DNA from: Antedon mediterranea
Lineage: Eukaryota > Animalia > Echinodermata
Length of the DNA: 64,000 nt
Direction of reading: 5' to 3'
NCBI RefSeq assembly: GCF_964355755.1
Contig: NC_092679.1
Location: forward strand, 1,704,201-1,768,200
Part shown: piece by piece, positions 35,301-48,726 of the stretch
Layout: every line of letters begins with the position of its first letter
Numbering within the stretch: the stretch's first letter is position 1
Translations under genes and position numbers: made by a program
Notes under the pieces: generated by a model
The model's database searches: none
Told to the model about the DNA's origin: nothing
What the model saw: only the letters and a program-made list of their open reading frames with translations

Positions 35301-38300
35301 GTTGCATTCATGCACATATTGCGACATTTGACCTGACCACTATTGCACACGCAGCGTACGTCACATCCGTAACGCCATTCCATTCCGTCTTCATAAATTG
35401 TGCCGTTTTGCCTACAATCACCACCTGTATAGTATAGAATAATACACGGTAGTTTACTATATTATGTTTACATATTCAGTTATATAATCAATCTATAGTA
35501 TATGGCCAAGTAAAGAGAAAGTATCACCTACGTTTAGGAGGAAGGCACACCCACGTTGGGCAATGGTTGGGGCAGGTAAAGAGAGAGTATCACCTACGTT
35601 TAGGAAGGCACACCTACGTTGGGCAATGGTTGGGGCAGGTAAAGAGAAAGTATCACCTACGTTTAGGAAGGCACACCTACGTTGGGCAACGGTTGGGGCA
35701 GGTAAAGAGAAAGTATCACCTACGTTTAGCAAGGCACACCCACGTTGGGCAATGGTTGGGGCAGGTAAAGAGAAAGTATCAACTACGTTTAGGAAGGCGC
35801 ACACACGTTGGGCAATGGTTGGGACAAGTAAAGAGAAAGTATCACCTACGTTTAGGAAGGCACACCCACGTTGGGCAATGATTGGGGCAAGTAAAGAGAA
35901 AGTATCACCTACGTTTAGGAAGGCACACCCACGTTGAGCAATGGTTGGGGCAAGTAAAAAGAAAGTATCACCTACGTTTAGGAAGGCACACCCACGTTGA
36001 GCAATGGTTGGGGCAAGTAAAGAGAAAGTCTCACCTACGTTTAGAAAGGCACACCCACGTTGGGCAATGGTTGGGGCAAGTAAATAGAAAGTATCAACTA
36101 CGTTTAGGAAGGCACACCTACGTTGGGCAATGGTTGGGGCAAGTAAAGAGAAAGTATCACCTACGTTTAGGAAGGCACACCCACGTTGGGCAATGGTTGG
36201 GGCAAGTAAATAGAAAGTATCAACTACGTTTAGGAAGGCACACCTACGTTGGGCAATGGTTGGGGCAAGTAAAGAGAAAGTATCACCTACGTTTAGGAAG
36301 GCACACCAACGTTGGGCAATGGTTGGGGCAAGTAAAGAGAAAGTATAACCTACGTTTTGGAAGGCACACCCATGTTGGGCAACATTGGCCCGCCTCTGTT
36401 TGCTGGACAGGGTGGGGACAATCTTCGGACGGCTGTAAGTCAACCTTCTGACAGCGGGATCTACACACCGTCTGGCCAAACTTGCATTCACACGTCGACT
36501 CGCATCCAATGTCAAATGTCTTGTTATGTTCGTAGATTTTTCCTTTGTAGTGACATGGTTGAGCTGTAATAATAACATAGTAGAAATAAGAATATCACCT
36601 TGTATCATTTGTTATCTATTTTATCATTTTCCAGTACAGCATTACGTATTTATAATATTTAATTTCTGTAGCTGAATATCCGTAAACTAATACGGTTGAC
36701 GTAAACACGTACTAAAGTTTGGTTCACACTGGGACGCAACGCAGTGACGCAATTAGTGAGCCGAATGAATTTGACCAATCACGACGCGATGGATCACCCG
36801 AATTGTCGTTTGTGATTGGTCAACGTGCTTGCGTTTCACTACCGTTGTTGTGTCCCACTGGGATTGAACCAATGTCACATTTACTTACGTTGTTTTTCAT
36901 TGGTTCGGATGACAATCGTGTCGGTTGCTGGCAGCGTGTTATGCCATTGAGTCTCGACACTTTCTGGTGGTATAGTAACACGGATCCGTATGTAATACGT
37001 TGTCTGACGTCGCAGTTCGCTGATTTGTACGATTGTGTGACCGACGAGTCGGAGACCTGGAGGAGCAGCATCCTTTGAAATAAACCAATAGTTTGGTTGA
37101 TGGTTATGACATTTTTTCTGAATCAAACATGTTCCCAATATAGACAAAATCTTATTATGATAAATCTTGTTATTAACATAACTTTGTACATGCTTATAAG
37201 TAGACCTACCTGTCGGTATATTAACCAATTCTTAAAATCATCCGTTTCAGATTGGTTAGTATAATAGATGTGGTACCCATCTAAAATATCGCGAAGTTCC
37301 GAATTTGTCGGCGGAGCGAATCCTATTGTTATGGCTGACGAATTAATTGCGTAAACTGTTACGTCTTGTACGGCGTTTGGACTAGCTGAAATTTAAATAA
37401 ACATATATTCATGTGATGGCTTTTGATCGTAATGTCTCGGTACTATGGGTTGAAACAAACAGTAAAACGTACAGTAAAAACATTGTAAATAAATATTAAT
37501 ACCTCTTTTAGCAAGACTATTACAAAAGTTTACTAGTAAACTCGGAGTTTGAAAACTAAAGTGTGTAGAGTGTAAAGTGCAAATATGTTTTTGCAGTCAA
37601 ATGGTCTGAACTTCTGCTCGAGTTTGAAAGTTATTGTAGAGCTTACATGATGCATGCTGGGAAATAAAATTACAAGGATTTCCCATCAATATTTAATAAC
37701 AAACTTACGTATATCTGGATCATTACAAGCAACGACTTGACAACAATCAGTGTCTTTCACCTTAGCGATGACTGGTGCTGGACAAAGTGGTGTAGGAATC
37801 GGCTTTTCGAGTTTATCACACAAGGGCATACACGTTACTTCACCAGTGGTACAATGACAACGGCTATCGCAGCCTTCATCGATCCATTCACCGTCAGTTA
37901 GTGTTATGGTACCAGTTAAGCCTGGATAGGTACATGTTTTAGGTTCTGAAACGAGAGGTATAGATTCATTTTGTATACCTACTTTAAACAGAAACATTTC
38001 TGGTACGTATTTAATGCTGTTTATGTGCACCATACACAATGCATGGAATGTCTTACCCACATCCACGCATTCCCATTGCATACAACATTCGCCGGGAATT
38101 CTGACTTTCTTCGGGTTAGGACAATCGGCAGTCGGGTGCCTAACAGTATGTGAGCAGCGTGGGTAACATGTGATGTAGCCGCTCATACACTGACACCGCA
38201 TTGAGCAATCCACATCAAAGAACTCTTCTTCTGCGTAAGCATTTCCATTCATCTCACAATAACCAGCTAAAAAGAGAACACGAAGAATCTAGAAAATGAC

Positions 38301-41300
38301 CCCTAAAGACGAATGTTATCGGTGTCATGTCTATCTGTCAGTCGGTCAGTGTGTCAATCCGTCATCTAACGTAAATTGGCCGGGAAGCAAGCTTCATTGC
38401 AGATCATTGCAATGATTGGTTTACTTACGTGGTGGAGGGCATGACCAGTAAGGACAGCATTCACCTTCCGGTGGGTCATTTAGTTTCGGACTGGGGCATG
38501 TCTCTGGGTCTGGTAACATGGTCCCTGGATCTAGGCATCTTGGAGTGCATGTTTCTTGTCCATCATCACAATAGCAGACTTCGTCACAATCGTAGTAGTA
38601 CGTTTGACCGTGTTTATGGTGAAAACCATCTCGGTTGCAATTAACTGGGATATGAAATTGAAGGGTGTTAACATTTGTATTTATAATGATCGTTGTACTT
38701 TAAATGGTTAAGAAGTGTCTCCCATGATTTCTCATTGTAGAAACACGTGGCAATGGTATTTTGTAGTTATGTTTAATACCAGGACACAAATATGTAAATT
38801 TATAGGTCTGTTTCGACACGGCCTACTGTATTTATAGGTGCAATATATGAAATGATAATGTGTGGTATCTTACGTGGTTCCGCCTCTATGACTTCATCTC
38901 CACCACCTTCACACACAATAATAACACAGCACTCCGGGTCGTCTGGGTGAGGTGCTTCATAGCAACTCTTAGAGCTATCCAGTACCAAATCAGGGGTTGG
39001 AGGGCAGGCTCTAGGCCTACACAGCCAAGAGCCTAGCAGACAATCACAGACGGCGTCACAACTCTGCTTTATTGTTCTACCTTCATCGTAATGTTTATCG
39101 TTGTGCTCACAACCTCCCAGTGGTGCTGTAAAATTAAAGTCAAGCTATCAACACCCACTGCATCTAAAAATGGCTTACTCATAAATAAATGCTAATTAAA
39201 CATTCTACCCCGAGAAATAATAGAATGCTAGTATATTTATGCTTAATTTTCTCGTTAAATAAGATCATAGTTATCTTGACTATCGGAAAGCTTTAAATTG
39301 TTGCAAAATTTTAATTTCGTCATATTTATCTCAATAACTTGGTTCATTCGAATGTCAATTGAATAAAAGCATATAGGATAAAATAGGAACACCTATACAT
39401 TGTTGTGGCATTTTTTATTTAACTTTACCACTATTCCTTTCAAATAAAATGGCATTATAATCATTATTGTTACATGTTTCTAAGATCGTTCAAAATCTTA
39501 ATTTCATATTAATGTCAGTCGCTCAAACTAAATTGAATTTTCCAATAAATTATTTGGAATTAGGCCTACAATAACATTAGTTGTTTGGTATCCGTGGATA
39601 CGTATAATATTAACACTTTTTACGCAAATATTCGACAATGTAATTTTGTATCAAACATTCTCCGTTTAACAATACATTCAGATGCGAGTGGTAACTTACC
39701 CGGAGCGCCCGCTCTATGTGCAGCTATTTCCGTTGACGGTCCTTCCAACACTACGTCACCTTTTTCTCTACGATACGTAACTTTGAAGAAATATACCTCA
39801 TCAGTCTTCAGCCCTTTTACGGACACATAAGTACCTTTCTTAACCTAAAAAAAAAAAAATTTTAAGCAATATGAACATTTCGAAAATATTTTTCTAATTT
39901 AAAAACAAATTAGTAAGTTACTGCAAAAGATTGATTCATTCTTAGTTATCTAAATTTATACTTTCTTCGTTTTGTACCAAAAAAGTGTCGATATATATAA
40001 TATTTTCTCAGATAGGTTAAAATTATAGAGAACGTTGGTTCGGACAGGTGGTGGCCAGGTGACGAGCATACCTCAACTACTTGAACATATGCTAAGCTTA
40101 TGACCTCTCGGTAAAAATAGTTTATTTACTTTACGTAGTTACATCTCTGCTGGGTTACTGGTATAATTACGAATATGAATAACTGAGATGAGAGAAAGTA
40201 TTCGTTATGTCTATAAATAGAGCATATTTGGCAATGACAACACGCTCCTCAGCGTGGTACCCACGATCGATTGTTATGCCATCTAAGCACATATTTTATG
40301 GAAACTAACCTAAATATAGAAGTTTTTTTATTCTCATCAATAATAATTCATTGCTTATAAAGAATTATTTAATGAGAAATATGGGTTTTTTTTTATTTTT
40401 TGTCTCTGGAAGATGTATGAAGAATGAACATGTTTGGCCTTGTCAATACTTCAAGAATTGTGTATATACTTCTATTAAAGCTCTGTCAAAACTATCAAAC
40501 TAGTTTGACAAAAATGTGTGATGTGCCCAAATATGGTAGTGACATGCCCAAATATGCTAGTGATATGCCCAAATATGGTAGTGATATGACAGCATCATGT
40601 CTATATATGGGCACATGATATTTGTTGTCACGTAAAGTTTGACTGTAGACGGAGCTTCAGAATGTTTTGTATTTCAGAGACTGGAACAAAATGATTTTGA
40701 ACGTTTCGTTTCGTTTGTATCCATATGACCAATCCGCCCCTCCCCACCTAACTAAGCCCCATACCGACAAAATGCAGAAATTTATTTGTATTTTTGCGTT
40801 TGAATCTATATCTTAAAACTAATCTGAATAGAAATGTAACTGAGTTCATGGCACCATAAAGTTACATTTTAAAATGAATTTTAAACCGCAGCAGTGTCTA
40901 GGCTAACGTACATAATATAATATATTGAATTCAATTTCTGCTTGTCTAGGAGGACCAGTGGGTGTCAAGGAGAATATAAAATCAAATTATGAACGGCAGC
41001 TCAAGAATTCCGTTCGGATGCAGTCACATCAACAGGTAAGGAAGGATACATCGTCGTCTATACACTTTTTATATTTAAAAATAATTTCGAAATACTATGT
41101 ATAGGCCTTACGTTGTAAGTGTCCCGAATGTCTCGCATTTAATAATGTTTAGAAAAATCTATATCATTTCCACATCTTAATGAATTAAGATCCATAAAAC
41201 CAAACTTATGTATTTTAATTGGATAAAACTGTTATACGTACTTTTACTTGACCAATCCAATTTGACATTTCTTTTTTATATGCTTCTTTACCTTCAGTGT

Positions 41301-44300
41301 AGTAAACTAAATAATATGCATTAGAATTCTTTGGCTTAAAGTTATCCCATCGTAAATTAATAGAGGTCGCTGTTCCGCTAATTACCTGAAGGTTGTATTT
41401 ACCTGCAAAACAAAACAATGAATACATCTGAAATAACGACAGTAAAATGGGATAATGAACAAAAATTGAGGTTCGTTATTGTTAGGAGTGGTCGAATGAG
41501 ATTGAGGACAGTGTGCTGACCGTTACGTATTCTGCTGACCGTTACGTATTCTGCTGACCATTCGGATTATAATATTGATGTAACCGGGTTCTCATTTATA
41601 CACCTGGGTGGGAGAGGCAAATGTAGGTAAAATGCTTAAGGATACAAGCAATGCGGATAGGGTTCGATTCGAACCACGACATCAAGATCGGTAATCCAGC
41701 GTCAAACGCACTGCGCCACGCGGATTGAGAGATTATAATTTAAAATAAGATAATAAGCAATGTATAAATGTAAATTTACATTTCTTTTTGTGGAAAATGA
41801 AGGATGTTTTAAATTGAACATTGTTCTAAAAAACATTCTTTGCCAAAACTGTACATTTAGACTTTCGGCAATCTTAAAAGTATGTAAACAATGCTGGCAT
41901 AGTTGATATATTACCTTCTTGCATACTGTTTTGGAACCTCCGCTTAACATGACTATGTGATATGTTAACAGTGAAGGAATGTGCAGATATATATAGCAAA
42001 TTGTTATGGAATCCCAGATAATTTGCTCATTTTATACTACAGAGGTCTTTGTATGTTGGTCTAGTGAGCTTAGAGAGATCGAATATACTTATTTTGCGAT
42101 ATATTGTATTCTTGGCCTAATCGTACAAGTCCCAAGAAAAACCAGTTCAAAACAACATAAGATGTTCTACATAAGCCCACTAGCCCAATAAGAAAAAGCG
42201 TACGCCTACATGTGAACCAACGGGGCCTATTGTACACATTAAAAGAAGAAAGTATGTTTCAATATTCTAACTAAAAGTTTCGTAGAATATTTGGCACCAT
42301 TTTAGATGCAAAGCAATTGAAACAAGTCACTAGGCCTATATTGTTATAATATACTTTGCATTATAAGATGTATAATATTAATTTGTTTTTGGGCGAACAT
42401 TTCTAACATAACTATATTGGGTGGGTCGTAAAAAATGTTTCAGAGGAGCAGGGCATCCATGACAAGCTAGCCCAGCAATGTCACACCGAGACCTGTACAA
42501 AATAACTGACTCAGCGGGTTGCTAGCCATTCTATATGGGAAACGGGTAGGCTGCTATTCTTTCAATATTCCAGGACTGGCTAGGAATTTGGCTGAAGCGA
42601 GATTCCACCAGCAAATCATATCTATATCGTCTTTTGGGGGTCGTTTGTGTTTAAATATAGAAATAATTCAAAATTGACGAATTCTATTGATATTTTTCCA
42701 AGGTAACTTCAATTCCTTCGCATACTATACTACAATGCCCTCCACGTAGGTAGCATATATACACCTTATTTTTTGTATAAAAATAACTTTATAATCACGG
42801 ATATTTAACCAGACCCAACATGCGGGGACCGCGGTTCCCATTTGTATGAAGTAAAATTAATATGGGTTGTGTTTATATACCAACACATGGGTTTTGCTGA
42901 ATATTTTACTGAAAAAAACAGTTTATTACAATGATAACTTAATATACTATCGATCAAAAGAATGTAATAAATAAATAAATAAATAAACAGTAATTTTGAT
43001 AAATAGTATAGATAATCACCCACTGTTTTAAAGGACAAACTTAATTTGTAGATTATATGTGTCCTGCTTCAGAACTCATGTATTCGTTATAATTTAAGCA
43101 GATCCTCTGTAGTTGAACGTTGCTTCTGCTTCAACTGGCATACGTAGGCCTACAACATTATATTTGCGTTGAAATCGGGGTTGAAATTATTGACTCATCC
43201 CCTGATCACCTACCTCCACTTTGACGTTGTCTATAAATAGTAACACGCTGTATTGTACGCACATTCATATGGCGTGTGTATTATAGTTCATATATACAAT
43301 TTGTAGGCCCTATCAGGAAATCAAATTGAAACATATAGTTCCTTAATGTTAATAATAAGCACAATGATGAATGTTATTAATCCAGTTCTTGGCAAGTAAT
43401 CGGATGTTGATATAAAGTTACAAGAAATTCTTCAAATGAGGTCAAAAAAGTCAACACCAACTATGTAAGACATGTTTAGGCCAGGTGGTGGTTGTCGGGC
43501 AGAAGTGCACCTTACTCGAATATAACATGTTACGTCTCACGCGCGCGTTTTTTATTGTCTAAAAATTAACCCAAAAGTACGCCTTTCCTCTTTTTCTATT
43601 TTTCAGTAATATATTATTTTTAATTAAACAAACAAGGTCACGTTTTCTAGTTACGTGTCGGTAGTGTTTACAGTAGGCCTACGCATAATGAGATTTAGAA
43701 AGTACGTTTATAAATGTGTGACTCTCCCGGAGGAGGAATGGCAGTGAAGAGAGATTCGTCGGCGGCAGGGAGCGATTTTTTCCCGTACGGCAGTTTTCGA
43801 CGGCAGCGAATTGACATGTAAAGGCTCAGTGGTCGGCAGAGTCGATCAAAACATAGCATTGTAAAACAGAAAACGAATGCTATACTGTATAATATATCCA
43901 AAACTAGGAACTATAGTTATAGGTAGCAATTAAAATGCAAAGGTAGAATCTGTAAGAGTACAAGTAACAAGTAGGCTTAATAGTTTGCCAAACTAAACGT
44001 GTGAAAATGCCGACAATGTAGGTCTACAGCCATTGCCTGAGAAAATAATAACATTGAACTTTGGCAATAATAATGGGCCGATTCTTATGAAATGAAATGT
44101 TTATTTCTCAAAGATGTAAAAGAATTTCAAAGTTGCCTATGTTTACAGTATATTTATTTCGTGGAGGTATTTTATGAATGACAGTGTACTGCAAAGCCAT
44201 TTTATATTTACCCTACATTCCACAGTACAAGGTGTACCTGTATTTTGAACAATTTTGATTTGGGTTTCGAATCAATGTGTGTGTATCCCATGACCTGCTG

Positions 44301-47300
44301 ACCATAATATGTTTTAACAAAACCAGATCTTTAATTTCGGACACATTTTTGGATACGTGACAACCATGTCACGAATTGCACATATTGTGTCATGTTCTCC
44401 TCAATACTAAATATATCACTTTAACAAGGGCCTACATAATTATATTTCTTATTATGTAAGTATTTGTCTTGTGTTTTATTCACATAGGAGAATTGTGTAA
44501 GGGTGAAGCCTAGGTGGGAATCGTGATTACGGCCACACATGGATTTAATGGGAGGGGATTGTAGCGGGTTAAATGACGTAATTCTAGAGGCGGAGGAGGA
44601 TCGAATTATCGCATTGAATCAGGCCTAGATTACTTTATATTTTAATGGCTATTTTTAAATTAATTAAAATTGCAAACGTTGAATGTTGTTTATAGGTCTG
44701 ATTTCAATACGTATAACTTTAAATTAAATGTTCTGCTTAGCGCAGACAGATTAGAGTTGGTTGTCGCACGATAAACCGGTCATCATTTCTTGACACCTGC
44801 ATTTATTTTGATAAAAAATGTCGGTATGAAGACCATCAATTACGCATCATGAACATTTGCCTACTGTTCGTTCAATCGCAATTACCTGTAACGAGCGAGT
44901 AACGCGAAATATGTGACTTGTCTCGGAAACGACAGATCAACAACAGAAAGGCCACGGTGTTCGTTTCATTCACTCGTCGCAGATTTGCCTCAAGAAATAC
45001 CAGCGCACAACGCAGTGTTGGAACGGAATATCGCTTACATAAACTCGATGCCCTCTCGTTCGAGAAACTTGTCTGTTAAAGAGACGTTATCCAATTGTTA
45101 CGTAATGTTATTGTCATCTCGTTAATATTATTAGAAATGTAAACATCCTGATATGATCGATGCGTATTGGTTATAATTCAATGCGTATGCGTATTAAAAT
45201 TGATATGCGCGTAATAAAACGTCATCGCGATGAAGCATGTTATTCCGGTAGCAGATCACCTTTAAAACATTGCGTGTAACCAGCTCGATAGCGATATCAG
45301 GAACAACATTCCCCCTAAATACTTCATTTGAAACTAGGCCTAAAGCATTCGGCAACGTCATTTGTATTCCCTTGCTAATATGAGACATTTTGTAAAACAA
45401 TAAAAAGTAATATGTGGTATTTGAAACGTTTATCGACAGGATAACATCGAATGAAATGTACAAATGAAATATCATGAACGATATCAAGTATTTGGCACAT
45501 TATGCAACATATTTTTTGTACAATAACTATGAGGTAGATTATACCGACATAACTATTCGATTGCAATAGGCTATTCAATATTATTTCGGAACAATATGCA
45601 TACAAAATTCGACATCTATGGCATGACTGTTATTTATCCTATAGACGCATGGGCTTTCTCGTATATATCCATGGGCTTTCTCGTATACGCCCTTGGGATA
45701 TCTCTCCATTCTAAAGAAATTGATCATTTACTATACACCGGATCTCGTCATACTGTCCGTCCATAGGTACTGTATAACGTCACAAATTTCAAACTGAGTT
45801 ACAGGAGTCAGTTTCCCGAAAAGTTGACATTTGATCCATGGACAATCACCGTAAGGATACGACTGTATTGAAACATCAACGGCTATTATTTCGGAACTTT
45901 AATAGGGAAGATCCTATTGTTTACATGCATTGGAACTTAAAGGGCGTCGATATATCGTTTGTCGTGATATAAGAGATTACTAGCTTTTTGTCTTTATTAA
46001 GATCAAAGTTAATGTAGGCAGGTGTTCACCATGGCCACATAAATGAGACGGGATAACAAGTTACGAAATTAAGAAATAAAGAATAGATATTAAGAGAAAT
46101 GGGAAAGAGTTGACAAAACCTGCCTGTGATAGGGTCAGGGAGGGCTAAAAGTTCGACAATTTGATGACGTAAAAACAAATTGATATGAATTTTAAGGAGT
46201 AATTTAGTATGATGATAAAACCGGAAACTGAAGTGAGTGAGCATGCGCTTTGTGCAACTCGTTGGTTGCCATTTAATACAAATATTTCTTTGCAAACTTG
46301 GATTTCATTCTTCTTGTAAATATCCTCTCTTGCTGTGCACTTATAACAGTCGTCTGTGCTCAGAACAAAAAGAAACCCTCAACATATTTTGTCAATTATA
46401 GGAATGTGTTGAATTTTGAACTTCAGAAGTTACCAACACATATTTGAAAAAAAACGATGTGGTTGTGCCGTAAAGATCTGTGTTATATAAATGAAGAGAA
46501 ATTGTCGTGCATAGCAAAGAAAATGAAATTAGAGAGATAACCCCATCACACCGGGATGTCTACCCAAAAATTCCACTCTATATTTATGATATTCCGACAT
46601 ATTTGTATTCCCATTTGTATTTTAGGCCCGCAACATTGTAACAATATAGACAAGAAATATTTCTTACAAAAAACGCCGCTCGACTTTTTGACGAAACAGT
46701 ATTAATTGTTCTTTCTTCATTAGGCTAAATAGGCATACTAATATTTTTTTTTAAATAGTTTTGTCGAGTTAAATTAATTTTAATAAATAATACAAATTCC
46801 ACGATATTTACAAACTTAAAAACCACAAATATGACCAAAGAGAGAGAAGACTAGAGAAGATAAATACGGTACAATATAATATATTATTATGTATCTGTTT
46901 GCCGTATTTTGTTGGTTTCTTTAGTCCTAAATGTTGGTATTTCTATTGACATTCAAGAGGTGTCTATTTCTTATGAAGTGAAATTTCATTCTTCACCTGT
47001 TCTCAAGCAGTGCGTTTTTCATAAATTTTTCAGCAATGTCAAAATAAGAAGAAAACGTCTGCCTGGTTGAAATCTATCACTGTAGTAAGTTGATTATTTT
47101 ACATTGTGTTATTTGTTTATCCGACATGTCCTAACTTTTAAACAGTGAATTGTAGTATTATTATTGCTGCTGCCACACTCGATGGCTAAGAATTTGAGTG
47201 ATTTTAATAGGACTTGTAAAAACAATAATGATACGTTGTCAAATCTGCTATAGATTCCTAGCATTTTAGTACTGTATTGTTATTCACAAACGTATACAGT

Positions 47301-48726
47301 TTCAGTTGATCGGTTTTTAGCAACTTTAATAAGGTTTAACTGCAGGTCGATTACAAGCCAAACAAACAATGAACACATTTTGATAACTTCATAGATAAAA
47401 GTTACATAACTCGCTCTGTACTCATTAAAACAAATGCGTAAGCGAATGATGTGTGTATAAATAAGTGACCTTTGACATATCGTGCACATTTGAATTTGAA
47501 TTTTTATTATGGCACGTTTTTGTAACGTCGTAAATATACAGTGTACTGAAACCTGTTTAGGTCGATACTGTGTTGCGTTTGATTTTACTAAAACCCAAGA
47601 TATCCATCACAAACCAGTACAGTACAGGGTAGGCTACATGCGCCATTATAATCACAGCTCCAAGATGGCGATGACGGCATGGGAGAGCTTTCCAATAATG
47701 TTACTATGGTAACGATCAATGGGAGGTAACCAGAAGAAACTGATTGACTTAGTACATTCGAACTATTTCAATCAATCACTGATGTTTGTATAACCTTACT
47801 GAACCGTGAGAAATATATGACGTCAGCGAAATAAACAAAAAAAAGTAAAGAAATTTATGAATCGCTTTAAATAGTAATACTGTAGTATACAATTATTATT
47901 ATTATTTGTGAGTTTGTTTGTCATTGATTTTGTGATGGATATACTTGCTTTTCTCATTTTGTCTATTATGCGGTATGTCTGCTGTCTAGAGGAATCAGAA
48001 AATGATTTATTTTAACACCTGTAATATATATACAACTGAGTTTAATATCTTCTAAAGGTTCACCCTTTCTTTTCATTTTTTGTGTATTTCGCATTATCCT
48101 TGAATGAACTTTATTACATTGCTTTGTTGATTTGTTTGTGAATCATGATCTACTAGGCTTGCTATAGAAGTTTTTACAGGAAGTAAGCTATACCACCACC
48201 GATGTTGATGTTATTACATTAATTGTAGCGTACAGCCTATTAGTATTAAGTATTATTCATTTATTTCCTTTAATTCCGTATATAGTACATCCATAAATAC
48301 AAAACATACAAAACAAAAAGAGAAGTTAACAATAATCAATAATATTATCTTCCACAAAAACAACCTGAAATATCTATTTGCACCGAGCGTCGCCAGATGC
48401 AAGTTGGATTGTGGAAGTAGGCCTACATTACCTATGGTTTATTTTCTTTAGTTTTACTTACCACTACAAGTTGAATTTATACAAGCTAGCCCAAATTCAG
48501 CATCACAGGCCTGATGGGGAACGATGCATGACTCTCCCGCTTGCCTAGCACAAATGTTACAACATCCACACGGATCTTCCATCGCATGGGCACAATTGTC
48601 GGGCATGCTAGGACACATCCAATTGCAAGTATAATATTCTGCTGGGCAGACATCTGAAGTATAACATAATTCCCCGCATATTAAAATAATAAAACCCGCC
48701 AAAATGAAGCTGAGCAAACGATACAT
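32338..48726 (-). CDS. Type-I membrane protein SP-IGFBP-FN3-4xVWC-FN3-2xVWC-2xFN3-TM-cytoplasmic tail (CRIM1/Sas-like), ~1108 aa; exons 48726-48462, 41402-41242, 39844-39700, 39125-38874, 38644-38429, 38266-38057, 37945-37709, 37385-37210, 37072-36889, 36563-36354, 35424-35215, 34669-34304, 33673-33347, 32951-32761, 32514-32338
   Basis: IGFBP motif DPCGCCNICARQAGESC...CD..FGLAC; six VWC exons ending CC..W/V.C; FN3 signatures (SITLKW, LTPSQTYRIQL); TM IGVAVGMAVLAVILIAAIVVLYV. Phases are consistent across 15 exons (3327 nt); the last donor is GC. Confidence 0.85.
32560..32625. repeat. 21-bp tandem repeat x3 (TCATGAATTATTCATTAGATG) in the last intron
   Basis: Direct inspection. Confidence 0.7.
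35507..36383 (-). repeat. 63-bp minisatellite x14 made of the last 29 nt of a VWC exon, its 5' splice site and 34 nt of intron
   Basis: Minus-strand unit TTGCCCAACGTGGGTGTGCCTTCCTAAAC|GTAGGTGATACTTTCTCTTTACTTGCCCCAACCA. Donor G at 36353, 36290 and every 63 nt to 35597, then 35531. Confidence 0.93.
41465..41722 (-). mobile_element. tRNA-derived SINE (second family)
   Basis: Minus strand: A-box TGGCGCAGTG, B-box GGTTCGAATC, core TGCCTCTCCCACCCAGGTGTATAAATG, internal 19-bp duplication. Confidence 0.7.

Noticed and set aside
36283-36285. In-frame TGA in Cys-rich repeats as selenocysteine recoding
   Set aside because: The TGA derives from intronic donor sequence (GTAGGTGA), does not align with a Cys position, and I identified no SECIS.
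35493-36608. 371-aa ORF of 21-aa repeats (and overlapping plus-strand repeat ORFs) as a novel repeat protein
   Set aside because: By-product of a 63-bp minisatellite. It overlaps the true VWC exon in the wrong frame and lies mostly in an intron.
41403-48461. Nested gene or extra exons in the 7-kb first intron
   Set aside because: The short ORFs show no domain or phase-compatible exon that I could support. GC-richer patches (~43720-43850, ~44500-44620) may be enhancers but cannot be verified here.
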